This document shows, one piece after another, positions 1 to 11,949 of a stretch of 64,000 nucleotides of DNA (position 1 is the first letter of the stretch; each line of letters starts with the position of its first letter). Source of the DNA: Hamiltosporidium tvaerminnensis FI-OER-3-3 (lineage: Eukaryota; Fungi; Microsporidia); the NCBI GenBank assembly GCA_022605425.2, contig CM061248.1, forward strand, positions 1,302,001-1,366,000. The letters run 5' to 3'. The notes below the pieces were generated by a model. The model was not told where the DNA came from. It saw nothing but the letters and a program-made list of their open reading frames with translations, and did no database searches. The position numbers and the translations under genes were made by a program.

Positions 1-558
1 TTTTTATCTCTTAGAAATATTTTGGGTCTTTAAATGAATATAACAGGTAAATATTTATTTTTATATAAGTTTATATAAATTAATATAAAACCTATGAAAT
101 ACTTTTAAAAAAAAAAAGCTTAAAAAGTTTATTATTTTTTTATATAAACTTATATTAAAATGTATTTGTTCATTAACTAGCTACAAATCAATATACATTT
201 ATAAGAAGATTAAAATTTATTAAATTAAATTCTAAATAGAAAAAATATTTTGAGATCAATGTAATCTAAGGAAACTAGATTGAGAACAAAAAAAGGAAAA
301 TATTTAAATATTTCTATTTCTTTAAATATATATAGAACCTCTTACTAGCAATTTAGTTGTAAAATATAACAATTCTAGTTTTTTATTTGACCAAACTTTT
401 TTATCTTCTGGTTTCTATTCGCGAAATTTATTTCTTCGAGAAATTAAATAAAATAACTGTTGATACTAAGATCTTTAAAATCCACTATTTCTGGAAATAG
501 ATATATAAACTCCCAAATATTTTTAACATCTATCAAATCTAGTATAGAACATTAGCTT

Positions 559-942
559 ATATATTCTCAATATGATTCGTATAAAATAATTACGAACTTC
601 AACTCTTTATATCTATAGTATTTGAAATTAAACTTATATTCTCAATATGATTCGTATAAAATAATTACGAACTTCAACTCTTTATATCTATAGTATTTAA
701 AATTAAACTTATATTCTCAATATGATTCTTATAAAATAATTACGAACTTCAACTCTTTATATCTATAGTATTTGAAATTAAACTTATATTCTCAATATGA
801 TTCTTATAAAATAATTACGAACTTCAACTCTTTATATCTATAGTATTTGAAATTAAACTTATATTCTCAATATGATTCGTATAAAATAATTACGAACTTC
901 AACTCTTTATATCTATAGTATTTGAAATTAAACTTATATTCT
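559..942. repeat. Tandem minisatellite, 75-bp unit, about 5 copies
   Basis: ATATTCTCAATATGATTC starts at 561, 636, 711, 786 and 861, with a partial copy at 936. The unit has a stop codon in all six frames. Confidence 0.95.
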
Positions 943-1904
943 ATATATATAATTGGTTTATGATTAGAATCATTGGTTTCTATAAAAATACATTTTTCTG
1001 AAAATTTTGATATGGAACAGAAGTATCCTGTTTCTTAAAGAAATATGTTCGTTTTGAAAAAAAATATACTTTAAAGAAATGAAGCCATTTTTTTTATATT
1101 CTTATATGAAATAAACCATTGTTCTGTAATATTATACATTCCAAACTTAATTACAAAATAAAAAATAGGCAATTAAGTGGTTGTTACAGTTTCTAAATAA
1201 CTGTTCTTCTCATTCAATAATATATTTTAATATCAGTTTACTAAATAAAATATGAAAATGTTTATTAAAGTACTTCAAACTATATTCGATCATTATATTG
1301 AATTGTATATCTTGATGAACATAAAACCGTATTTAAAGTGGGTGGCTTATGAAAGATATAGCCATCTAATTTTAGATATTAAGTTTATTTATGTTACTCT
1401 TAATACATGTAACCGATTGATATCTCAACTACAAAGTATATCCATCTTTGAAGCGAAGTCATTTCCTGTTACTGTTAATACATGTAACCAATTGATATCT
1501 CAACTACAAAGTATATCAATCTTTGAAGCAAAATCATTATATTTCCCCTTTAAAAATAGTATAAATATCAAATATGGTATCTCATATGAAGCCATTTTTG
1601 CCGTAATTTATTTACATGGCAAGAATCTTTGTTTCCCAAAAAATATTTCAGTGTCAGATCTATAGTACTTTATAAGACACAAAGAATATTTCCGTTTAAA
1701 AACTTTAACCGTTTAAAAGACAAATTTTTGTATTCTCATTTCAATTTTTGTTTATCGAAATAGAGTTAAAAATATAAGAATATCTATAATAGCGGTTTAT
1801 AATTTATCATATATGTAAAAATATATTCTAACGTATAATATACACTTAAATATCTAATTAATGATTTATTTAAACAGAATATCTTAATTTCAATGTAAAT
1901 TTAT

Positions 1905-2342
1905 AGATATCTAAAGAAATAAACTCTTATAAAATTATAAATCATAAAGAAATAAACTCTTATAAAATTATAAATCATAAAGAAATAAACTTTTATAAAT
2001 TTATAGATATCTAAAGAAATAAACTCTTATAAAATTATAAACTCTTATAAAATTATAAATCATAAAGAAATAAACTCTTATAAAATTATAAATCATAAAG
2101 AAATAAACTTTTATAAAATTATAAATCATAAAGAAATAAACTCTTATAAAGAAATATACTCTTATAAAATTATAAATGTATAAAGAGTAAATGTATAAAG
2201 AGTAAATGTATAAAGAAATAAACTCTTATAAATTTATAAATGTATAAAGAAATAAACTCTTATAAATTTATAAATGTATAATGAAATAAACTCTTATAAA
2301 TTTATAAATGTATAATGAAATAAACTCTTATAAAATTATAAA
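1905..2342. repeat. Degenerate AT-rich tandem repeat, about 33-bp unit
   Basis: Repeated AAAGAAATAAACTCTTATAAAATTATAAATCAT and variants. Confidence 0.9.
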
Positions 2343-2782
2343 GTATATTAGTATTCATTTTTATGATTTTATAAAAGTTTATTTCTGATAAATTAAATAC
2401 TACCTGGTTAATTTTACCATATCTGTCCTTATCATTAAGTATATCTTACCATAACTCTTAAGATACGGCATATATTCTTTAATAACAATACTGTTTCAGA
2501 ATAGAACATAAGGAATTATCTCAACACTAAATTAATATGAAAAAAAATAGTGTTTAGTTACTTAAATTAATAAAAAAAAAGAATTAAAATTAGTATTCTT
2601 ATTCAAAATCCAATAATTTGTTAATTCCTTTAAAATATTTCTGATTTTCTATTAAAAATTTTTATATTTGTTTTTTTCCCAATATATCAATAATCTCATT
2701 CCTAGTTACATAATTTTAAGATATTCTTGAAAAGTGTAACTTCTAATTTGTTTTTAAAGACTTAAATTTATATTTATTTAGA

Positions 2783-2864
2783 AAATAGTAAAAATACTAA
2801 AAATAGTAAAAATAGTAAAAACAGTAAAAATAGTAAAAATAGTAAAAATAGTAAAAACAGTAAA
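2783..2864. repeat. 9-bp tandem repeat (AAAATAGTA)n
   Basis: Seen directly in the sequence. Confidence 0.85.
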
Positions 2865-3397
2865 TTATTATTAAATAAATCCTTTTTTTATTAAATATTC
2901 ACCAAATACTTCAACAAAATTAAAAAAAAACGTAACACTTTCCTCATACATAATCAAAATAAAATCAATGTCCTTACAAAAACAAAAAATATTTCATTCT
3001 ACATTTTAATTATTTCTTTATTAAATCATTTATAAGATGTATTAAACATAAAAGATATTTCATTCTACATTTTAATTTTATGTTTAAAAGACATTAAGAG
3101 TCTTAGTTTAAAAGACATTAAAAGTCTTAGTTTAAAAGACATTAAAAGTTTTATTTATTAAAGTTTATTTTCAAAAACCTCTATTTCTTTATTTAAAAAT
3201 ATTTAAATATCAAAATATTTTATTTATTAAACTTTATCTTTGTTATATCTTTAAATTATAAATACTTTTTTAAAAAATTAATTTAATTAATCTTTGAGAA
3301 TATATTTTATTATCTATTTTTCATTGAAATACACAAATATACTTTTTATATTAAATAGATACTTAAATATTGTTACTATCTAAACAAAAATAAGGAA

Positions 3398-3558
3398 TAT
3401 TAATAGATTGTTTTAAGGAATAGGGAATAAGGAATAAAGAATTAATAGATTGTTTTTAAGGAATAAAGAATTAATAGATTGTTTTTAAGGAATAGGGAAT
3501 TAATAGATTGTTTTTAAGGAATAGGGAATTAATAGATTGTTTTTAAGGAATAAGGAAT
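3398..3558. repeat. Tandem repeat, about 29-bp unit
   Basis: TTAATAGATTGTTTTTAAGGAATAGGGAA repeated about 5 times. Confidence 0.85.
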
Positions 3559-4153
3559 ATGAATTGATAATTAATTCAAACTAACAGGTAAATAATTCTC
3601 TTTTAAAAGGCAGAAGTAAATCTTAAGATAATATAATGAAGATTGAGTATGACAATGGAATATCTTAAGATAATAGAATGAAAATAAGACCTTATTTACT
3701 TCATCGGTAAAATTATGACTCATTAAGAGCTATGACCTCATTTACTGTAAACTTCCACCTGTAACAACTAACCCATATCTCTTTTCATCTTTCTATACTA
3801 AGGTTAATGAGATCTTGTTTTTTAATATCATCTAGATATCTAGTTTTAAAGGGATTAGGAAGTCTTGGACATTCGGGATTTTAGATTTACACTCTTTTTT
3901 TTAGTCTACTTTCTGATATTCGGTTAAGATGATTAGATACTAAAGTCTAGTTTTTTAACTTAGTTTACTAATCATGTATTTATTTATAAAATTTTAAAAC
4001 TCTAATTTTTTAAGAATTCGTTACTTTTTTTGGTGGTTTCTTATTGGTTTGTAGATTCTGTTTAGAATATTTGGATATAACCTTTTTATAGTAAAAAAAA
4101 TTATATTCTTTGATTGAAAAATACTGTTAATGGTAAATGAAAATAGATTTAAT

Positions 4154-4452
4154 AAGAAAATAGATTTAAGAGAATAACTTGGAAGTAAAGAGGAAGGTTT
4201 TGTTTAAAGGCAAAGTAAAAGTTAAGAAGAAAATAGATTTAAGAGAATAACTTGGAAGTAAAGAGGAAGGTTTTGTTTAAAGGCAAAGTAAAAGTTAAGA
4301 AGAAAATAGATTTAAGAGAATAACTTGGAAGTAAAGAGGAAGGTTTGTTTAAAGGCAAAGTAAAATTTAAGAAGAAAATAGATTTAAGAGAATAACTTGG
4401 AAGTAAAGAGGAAGGTTTGTTTAAAGGCAAAGTAAAAGTTAAGAAGAAAATA
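4154..4452. repeat. Tandem repeat, 72-73-bp unit, 4 copies
   Basis: TAGATTTAAGAGAATAACTTGG at 4161, 4234, 4307 and 4379. Confidence 0.95.
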
Positions 4453-4502
4453 CAAAATATATTTAATTTTGAAAAATTACAATTAAAAATTTATTTTATA
4501 AA

Positions 4503-4752
4503 AAATTTACAATCCAATTACTAATTTAAGAAAAATTTACAAAAAAACATCTTTGATTTAAGAAGAAATTTACAATCCAATTACTAATTTAAGAAGAAAT
4601 TTACAAAAAAAACATCTTTGATTTAAGAAGAAATTTACAATCCAATTACTAATTTAAGAAAAATTACAAAAAAACATCTTTGATTTAAGAAGAAAAATTT
4701 ACAATCCAATTACTAATTTAAGAAAAATTTCAAAAAAAACATCTTTGATTTA
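4503..4752. repeat. Tandem repeat, 63-65-bp unit, 4 copies, abutting the stop codon of the Tim17-like gene
   Basis: AATCCAATTACTAATTTAAG at 4511, 4574, 4639 and 4703. Confidence 0.9.
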
Positions 4753-5121
4753 TTGTAAAGCATTTTTTATTTTTCTAGAAAATTTATCTATAAAAATTGC
4801 ATAAAAACTTCCATAAATACCTTTTTTCGTTGCATAAACAAAACCGTATTTGAGATTGAGAGCGGTATTAGCAAAAAAAGAACAAAAAAATACATTAAAA
4901 ATGGGATATCTAAGAGTTCCTATTTTATCTATAAAGATTCTAGAAACACCACTAATGAATGTGTAACTAGCAAAATCAAAACCATTATGTGTCCATCTGG
5001 TTGTTACGTATTTAATACTTCTATTTTTTATAATTTTTCGTTTTTTTACCATTTCTATCAAAAATCCAAAAACAAAAGAATTGGTCGATTCTTTTACCAG
5101 TTTCAGTATTTTTTTTACCAT
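4750..5121 (-). CDS. Tim17/Tim22/Tim23-family inner-membrane translocase-like protein (mitosomal import), highly divergent
   Basis: 123 aa. The pattern GFDFA...R...FN...F..L..KYG.....G..GSF follows the family spacing G.xFA...(R)..D..N...G...L..R.G. Divergently paired with the 5180 gene. Confidence 0.55.
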   Translation of the reverse strand: MVKKILKLVKESTNSFVFGFLIEMVKKRKIIKNRSIKYVTTRWTHNGFDFASYTFISGVSRIFIDKIGTLRYPIFNVFFCSFFANTALNLKYGFVYATKKGIYGSFYAIFIDKFSRKIKNALQ

Positions 5122-5179
5122 TTTTTTTTTAAATTTTTAGAATTTTTGTTTCATACTTTTATCCCATAAAAAATATAAT

Positions 5180-7012
5180 ATGACAAACAAAGACAGCATA
5201 AGAGAGTTACTTATTGCCGTTGAAGATTTGAAATCGATATATCCGTTACAAAAGGAAATAAACCATATGAATCCTAAGTATAACCAAGAAGAGATGAAAA
5301 TATTTGTATCTGGTGTTTTGGAAGTGGTAAGTGAGTTGGAAAAAGAAAATTTTACGTTTTTGTACCTTCATAATGTTTTTAAATTGCTGTGTGAAAATTT
5401 AATGAATTTGAAAGGAATTTTCAGTGAATATTTAAAAGTTGTAAATTTTTATTACAAATTTTGTGTTTCTGATTCTCAAAAAATGTTTGAACTTTACAAA
5501 AATTTAATTTTTGCTACTTTGGAAATTACAAAAAATACATTTTTACCAAAAGGATATCCAAAATTGTGTGTGGATGATGCAAATTCTCTTATAATTTTAT
5601 ACATTTCGATGGCGGAATATTTTTATAAATTGGAGTGTTTTGCTGATTCTTTCTATCTTTTGCAACGTGCAAGTGAACTGTTTTCTGTTGTTGGAAGTTT
5701 GCCGCCTAAAGAATTTACAGTGAAATATTTTATTTTACTTTTTAATATTTTTATGAAATCTGACTGTTTTTTCAATGCCTTAAATGCTTTACACAAGCTT
5801 TGTAGTTTTACTGGTGAAATTTATGTTTCTTCACTTAAATTTGATACATTTTATTCAGAATTTATAGATTTAGTTGAAATTACTCGTAAAAAAAACGAAG
5901 GAAATGTGTTTGGTTCTCTTTTTTATAATTTACAACCAGTGGATTTACAAAATATTGTTAAAGTTGTAGAAGAAAGTATGGCAGTCAAGGTTGAAGATGG
6001 AATTTATTGTGATTTTTCATTTGAAAAGGAAAAATGGAATTTTATTTTTGAAAATTTAGGAAAAAATATTCAATTAAATGAAGAAAATTTAGAAATTTTA
6101 AGTTTTTGTAGATTCAAAAACGTAATTCATAAAAAGGAAAAAAATTTACTTTTTTTAGAAAAAATTGGAGATTTTAAATCAGTTTCAAAAATAATTTATT
6201 CTGTGATAGAAGAATTAAAAGAAAAAAAAATAAAAAAAACCATTGAAATTGAAGAATCAGTAAAAGAAAAAATTACAAATGAAGAAATTTCAGATCACAA
6301 AGAAGAAGAATTAGAAGGTTTAGACATGGAAATAAAATTATTAGAAAATAAAATTAAAGAAGAAATTATTTTACAAAAAGAAAATATTCCACAAGAAAAA
6401 ACCGAAAAAAATGTTAAAAACCAGAAAATACGAACGAAAAGGAAACCGATTCGAACTTCAAATTTTATTAAATTTTATAAAATGTTTAGAATTTCAATTC
6501 ATCAGATATTTAAAGATATAAAATTAAATAATGAAGATAAAAATTATAAAATTAGAAATTTGATTAGAAAAAGAGAATTTGAAGAAAAAGAACATAAAAA
6601 TTTGGAATTTTATAAACAGATCGGGGAGATAAAAGAAATTGTGGAGATTTTAAAGAATAAATTAGACGAAAAACTTCGTAATGCGAAAGTACAAGAAGAT
6701 ATTACAGTTTCTGTCATGCAAAAAGAACAAGAAAAACCAAAAGAAAGGAGTTGGAGATCGAAAGAAGTTTCACCAAACCAAGATACTTCTACAAATTCTA
6801 AACCACCCATTTTTATTCCAAAAAAAACTTTATCTTCATCAATACCTATACATCGTGAATACCAACCAAAATCAGTAAATCGTAACATTCCTACATTTGA
6901 AGATTTCATTGCAACACAAAAATCAACTGAAAAATCAAGTGAAAAGGAAGTAATGCATACAGATAAACCTAATGTTTACGTTCCACCACATCTCAGAAAA
7001 AATAAGAAATAA
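5180..7012 (+). CDS. Divergent eIF3 subunit a (Tif32/Rpg1)-like protein
   Basis: 610 aa. KLECFADSFYLLQRASELFSVVGSLPPKEFTVKYFILLFNIFMKS...ALHKL resembles the eIF3a segment KLELW.EA...I..V..L....K..PKP...NYY..L..IF..S. It has a charged coiled-coil C-terminal half, a terminal YVPPHLR, and a CCC motif at 5163. Confidence 0.55.
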   Translation: MTNKDSIRELLIAVEDLKSIYPLQKEINHMNPKYNQEEMKIFVSGVLEVVSELEKENFTFLYLHNVFKLLCENLMNLKGIFSEYLKVVNFYYKFCVSDSQKMFELYKNLIFATLEITKNTFLPKGYPKLCVDDANSLIILYISMAEYFYKLECFADSFYLLQRASELFSVVGSLPPKEFTVKYFILLFNIFMKSDCFFNALNALHKLCSFTGEIYVSSLKFDTFYSEFIDLVEITRKKNEGNVFGSLFYNLQPVDLQNIVKVVEESMAVKVEDGIYCDFSFEKEKWNFIFENLGKNIQLNEENLEILSFCRFKNVIHKKEKNLLFLEKIGDFKSVSKIIYSVIEELKEKKIKKTIEIEESVKEKITNEEISDHKEEELEGLDMEIKLLENKIKEEIILQKENIPQEKTEKNVKNQKIRTKRKPIRTSNFIKFYKMFRISIHQIFKDIKLNNEDKNYKIRNLIRKREFEEKEHKNLEFYKQIGEIKEIVEILKNKLDEKLRNAKVQEDITVSVMQKEQEKPKERSWRSKEVSPNQDTSTNSKPPIFIPKKTLSSSIPIHREYQPKSVNRNIPTFEDFIATQKSTEKSSEKEVMHTDKPNVYVPPHLRKNKK

Positions 7013-7498
7013 ATTTTATATTTTACGCTTTAATAATTAAAATTTTACTAAATTTACTAACTATAGAATATTTATAATATTTATAATTAAAATATTTACA
7101 AAAATTATATATTTTTCTTAGATATTTTTAAAATCTAAACATAAATTATTTATTTTTCTCAGATATTTTTAAAATATTTACAAAAGTTAAATTATTTTTT
7201 TCAGTGTATTTTTAATATATTACAAAAATAATATTTTTCTCAGATATTTTTAAAATTTAAAAATAAATTTTCTTTTTATTTCTAACAATCAAATAAATAA
7301 AATTAAATTTTTATTTACGTGCAATAACTTATTTCTTCAGTCACTTTGAGTTTTTAAAAAATATTAAAATTATATTATTTTTCTTATTTTTTTACTATTT
7401 CTATTATTATATTTTAAGTAATTTACTTGTAAATATAAATTTTAAATAAAATCTCTATTTTCATAAATTACAGTTCTATTTCAATGTAGAATTACAGA

Positions 7499-7546
7499 CT
7501 TTTATTTAATAAAATTCTGTGTTAACAAAGTTTTCTCTTTTAAATC
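7499..7546 (-). mobile_element. 3'-terminal stub of the R4/Dong-like retrotransposon
   Basis: The minus strand reads TTAACACAGAATTTTATTAAATAAA. The 11-bp TSD AGAATTACAGA is at 7488-7498 and 7547-7557. Confidence 0.75.
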
Positions 7547-7601
7547 AGAATTACAGATAATTTTGAGTTTCTTTATTTTAAAAATTATATTTTAATTAGA
7601 A

Positions 7602-7689
7602 AGAATCAACAGTAGTGGTAAAAGAAGTAGAAGAAAATGCATATAAAACCGTAAAACTATTTTAACCCAGAATTTTATTAAATAAAATA
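7602..7689 (+). mobile_element. 3'-terminal stub of the R4/Dong-like retrotransposon
   Basis: Matches about 63318-63398 (GTGGT.AAAGA.GTAGAAGAAAA...TTTTAACCCAGAATTTTATTAAATAAA). TSD TAATTAGAA at 7593-7601 and 7690-7698. Confidence 0.8.
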
Positions 7690-7840
7690 TAATTAGAACC
7701 CTTAAAATTGGAAATGTTTCAAATGATTCTTTTTTTTGTTTAGAAGTATAAAATAAATAAAAATTTTCATTTTTTTAATATTTTTTTTAAGAATATTATG
7801 CATAAATAATATTTTAATATGAAACATTGTGTTTTCCTTT

Positions 7841-7965
7841 GGATTTCACTTCCCAAGATTCACTTCAAATAGTTGAAACTGAAAAACTAAGAACCTACAA
7901 CTTATTAAGTAATAAGTTAGGCTTTTCTTTATACATGTGTTGAGATAATCTCATATGTTATAATT
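7841..7965 (+). mobile_element. Decayed internal fragment (endonuclease region) of the R4/Dong-like element
   Basis: TCACTTCCCAAGATTCACTTCAAATAGTTGAAACTGAAAAACT is identical to about 62834-62877. Confidence 0.85.
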
Positions 7966-9022
7966 TATGAGCATATGCTACAAAATAATATATTTGTATT
8001 TTTTAAGCATCTATATACTTAATAAAGTCATATTAATATCAAGTATTTGAAAATGTTGATGAAAAATTTAGAAAAATACATTTCTGGATATCAAACAAGA
8101 AACAGAGAGGCACGTAAAACCTGTATATATTTTTTAAAAACATTTAATTAGGAATGAGATAATAATGAGTAAACAAAGATGCAAAATATGGAATTTTCAA
8201 TCTTTAATTTTACAATTAAAGGCACAAATTTACCAAATAAATTTAAAAATAAATCAGATTTTTGGGGAAATGGATTGATATAATTTTAAAAGATTTAAAT
8301 TAAATGATGGTGTATTAACACCTAACAAAGTATATAAAGATTCTGTTTTAAATTTTCTTTTTTAAGGTTTTAATTTAAACTTTTATAAAAGCACAAGAAT
8401 TTCACAAATTTATACTTTTAAGTTTAAATTGTAACTGAAAATGACAATCATTTAAAAAACTTATTAAAAATATTAAATTTAAATATCAGAAACAGTGTTT
8501 AATAGATAAAAAATGACTAAATAAATAATAATTGTTGTATTTAAAACAATTTACTGAAATTAAATTATCTTATTTGTAAAATATGTTCCATTTATAATCA
8601 TCAATATATTCATATAATATAATGTATATCATATTGTAATTTATGTATTTATTATACATAATTCATAATTCATATGAATGATTAATTATTGTATTTTTGT
8701 TATCAATTTGTTATATATTTTAAAGATTTTATATTTTTGGGATTAAAAACAGAATGAAATACTAAAAAAAGTAACATAAAAAAACATTTCTTGGTTAATT
8801 CATAGCTAATTTAATATTTTGAAGAAAAATAGAAAATGAATATTGCAATGATATATTCTTATATTTAATTTAAAGAATTGGAAATATAAAGAAATATTTA
8901 TTTTTGTATTTTTTAAAATTATAAGAGTTTTTTTTTTCGAAAGAAAATATAAAAATCAAACATAAATCTACAAAATATAATTCTATATAAATATTATACG
9001 GTTTTTATTTTTTTAAACGCCA

Positions 9023-9145
9023 TTACATTTTTTTGTTACATTCGCATATCTGCCCACATTCACCACAAAGTCCTTCTTTACATATTGAACAATCACATGT
9101 TATATCACCACATTTAGTACATTTACAATTGCATTCTAGTGTCAT
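9023..9145 (-). CDS. Metallothionein-like small Cys-rich protein (40 aa, 11 Cys); not in the ORF track
   Basis: Hand translation gives MTLECNCKCTKCGDITCDCSICKEGLCGECGQICECNKKM*. It has CxC/CxxC clusters and no aromatic residues. There is an in-frame TAG two codons upstream of the ATG and AATAAA at 9009-9004 just after the stop. Confidence 0.75.
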   Translation of the reverse strand: MTLECNCKCTKCGDITCDCSICKEGLCGECGQICECNKKM

Positions 9146-9552
9146 GATCTATTCTTTTTGAGAATATTTGTAGTTATTTTTTTATCAAATCACCAATCTT
9201 TTTTTCTGATCAGAAAAAACAAAAAATTGTTTCAGATAAGAATATTTTTATAATTTCTGAATTAAGTGGCTTAATAACGAAGTAAAAAGAAGTAAAAAAA
9301 AATATTTTTCTACTGATTTAAGAGATCTAGAAAATTTCCTAATATGGTATAATTTTAGTATAAATTCGTCTAACCAAAATAGAGAAAAGATTTCGAATTG
9401 TGATTACAATTTCAACGTTTTTAAAATATTTTAGTGATTTAATTAGACATTTAAGTAAAATTAGAAGAGAAAATTCAATAAAAATATATGATAAATTAAA
9501 GATTAAAATATTATATATTTTTACTTAAAGTTAACCATAATTTGATTTAATT

Positions 9553-10297
9553 TCATACCATTAATTTAGACTTCAAAGCGTAAATTGGATTCAAAATGTG
9601 CCGATCTTTTTCCAAAGCGATAACCAAAAAAGTACTTAACAGTAATATAAATATGATTGTAATAAAAAGAGAAAATATCTGTTTTTTGCTAAAAATAGGT
9701 ATCTTTTGGTTTTTCTTAAAATTAAAATTAACTGTAAGTGCATCTAATGGATCTTCTTTGTAGAAAAGCTTTGATCTAAAACAGTTACTTTCAAGAAAAT
9801 CAATATGGTTACCAACGTACTCTGCTCTTAATGGTGTGTCTGTTTCGTAACGAAGTCTAAAAAAATTAAGTTCGCTAATTGTTCTCTGCTGAATCGGATC
9901 TTTAAAATTTTTAATACGGATTCTTCGCCCATCTGCAGATATAACCATCTCAAAAACATATTTACACAGTTGTCTAGCATCATAACAGTAATAAACACCA
10001 CTTACATTAAAGCCTGCACCCTTCAGACTCTCCATTTTACTTAAACACCGCACTCTAGCTATATAATAATCACATTTTCTATTATGGCTATCTTTTATCA
10101 AATCTAAAAAAGTTTTTTGTGTAAAAGCCTCAATATTTGTTGCCTCCAAAGCACATCTCTTACTTCCTTCCTTTTCTAATATAACAACCATTCCTCTCAC
10201 AAATAAAATAGTTTTTATATTTCTATCTGTTACATTCTGTAACAGTATAAACCTATCAATACATTCTAATCAATCGAATTTGTTTGGTTGGTTTCAT
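9553..10297 (-). CDS. Conserved-looking hypothetical protein with a C-terminal TM anchor; 5' end interrupted by a 4-bp duplication (alternative ATG at 10191)
   Basis: The track ORF starts at GTG 10200, and the frame stays open to 10269. ATG 10297 joins in frame if one AATC copy at 10268-10275 is removed. Hydrophobic C-terminus IFSLFITIIFILLLSTFLVIAL. Confidence 0.75.
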
Positions 10298-11949
10298 AAA
10301 TAACGAATCAATATTTATTTATATTTATTTTTTGTATAGTTTATAGATAAGGAATATAGAAAAATAGATAAATGTAATTTAAATTCATCTTTATTTGTAA
10401 ATATCCAAATCTTTCATGAAATAAAAAATACCAATAAAATATAAAACCAAAAAACGATATAAAACCTAAACAAGATTACAAATCTAAATATTAGATGACC
10501 AAAATAGAAATTATTAAAATTTTCTCTAAAACATAACAAAAAATAGTTAGGTTTTCATTTGATTGAAAATTAAAAAATTTATATTCAAGTATTCAATAGT
10601 ATGATAGCATGAAAATTTAAATTTGATAAATATTATTTTAAAATATAACAATTACACACTTTTATTCTATCTTAGACTCAATTCGAAAATAGTATAAATT
10701 ACAATGTATTTTCATTTGACTATTTCTACAGAAATTACAAATTATTTAAATTTTTAACTTATTTAAGTAATATCAATATCAAACGAGTCAATAAAAAAAG
10801 TATTTTAGCTAATAAATATAGAATATTACAATATTTATAAACTTAATAATAGAATTATTTCGGTTTTGTTTGTAAATTATTTTGAAAATATTGTTTTGAA
10901 GAATATATTGTAATTGGATATATGCTTTACCACAACTCATTTATTTCATCAGAATTTCTTTTTAAAAAAATGTTCTTCTAAAACAAGCAGCTTAATCATA
11001 AAACGAATTATTAATCCCCATTAAAAATTCAGCAATTTTTAGATTAAAAACTGGTTTAAATTTTAAATTGAGATATTAATAGCTTAAACATATATAAAAT
11101 CTCTTGCTAATTTGAAGATAGACTTTTTCAACTTATTTAAAAAAAGTGAATTATAGATTTAAAATGATGAGTAAGAATTATTAGACTATAAGATAGTATT
11201 TCTAATTTATAAGGTGATTCAAAAGAATACAAGTCTATTCACATTTCAATTTTTATAGAAATAGATTTTCCTTAAAAGAAATCATAAAGAATACTAAACA
11301 TTAAATGTTAAAGAAAAACCTTAAAAATAATTTATTTAATACAAAAATACAATTTTATAATCATTTCTTAAAGAAATTTATCTAATAAAATTCATATTTC
11401 GTATTTTGAGTTAAGGATATAAATAAGACTGATGAAGTATCAATTGTACCTTTGTTTTATATATGAAAGATATAAATAAACTCGAAAATAAGAAATTCAA
11501 CCGCCAGAAATTAAAAACAGAAGAATATTAACAAAATATTTGTTTTTAAACTCAAAATATCCAAGATCTTCTGAATCACATTATTTTTGCAATATTAACA
11601 ATATAAATATGTTTTTTGGAAGTCTCAAACAAATGCAAATATTACAAATAATTTGTAATGTTTGAATAGTTTAAGCAAACAATAATAAATATACTCATAT
11701 TTGACGAAGAAAGACAAAGAATCAGGTGTTTCTATATACTTCTCTTAAATAAATATAGATTAAGGCTTTTTAAGAAGAATATGATTATAATACGAACTGC
11801 TTAAGAAAGATTTCCCCAATTCGATTTTATGTAGGAATAAACCCCTTGCCAAGATTTGTAATGACAGACAAGATATATCTGTTTAAACTGAAAATTTTAA
11901 ATAAACCGTACAATATTTATTACAGAAGATAATATACCGGGTATAACCT

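Noticed and set aside
559-942. 75-bp array as a CRISPR array or coding repeat
   Set aside because: No unique spacers, eukaryotic context, and stop codons in all six frames.
1252-1665. 137-aa ORF
   Set aside because: No recognisable domain. Its length is partly due to an internal 75-bp duplication (1401 and 1476).
4239-4430. 63-aa repetitive ORF
   Set aside because: It is a by-product of the 72/73-bp tandem array, has no ATG, and the frame breaks where the unit length changes.
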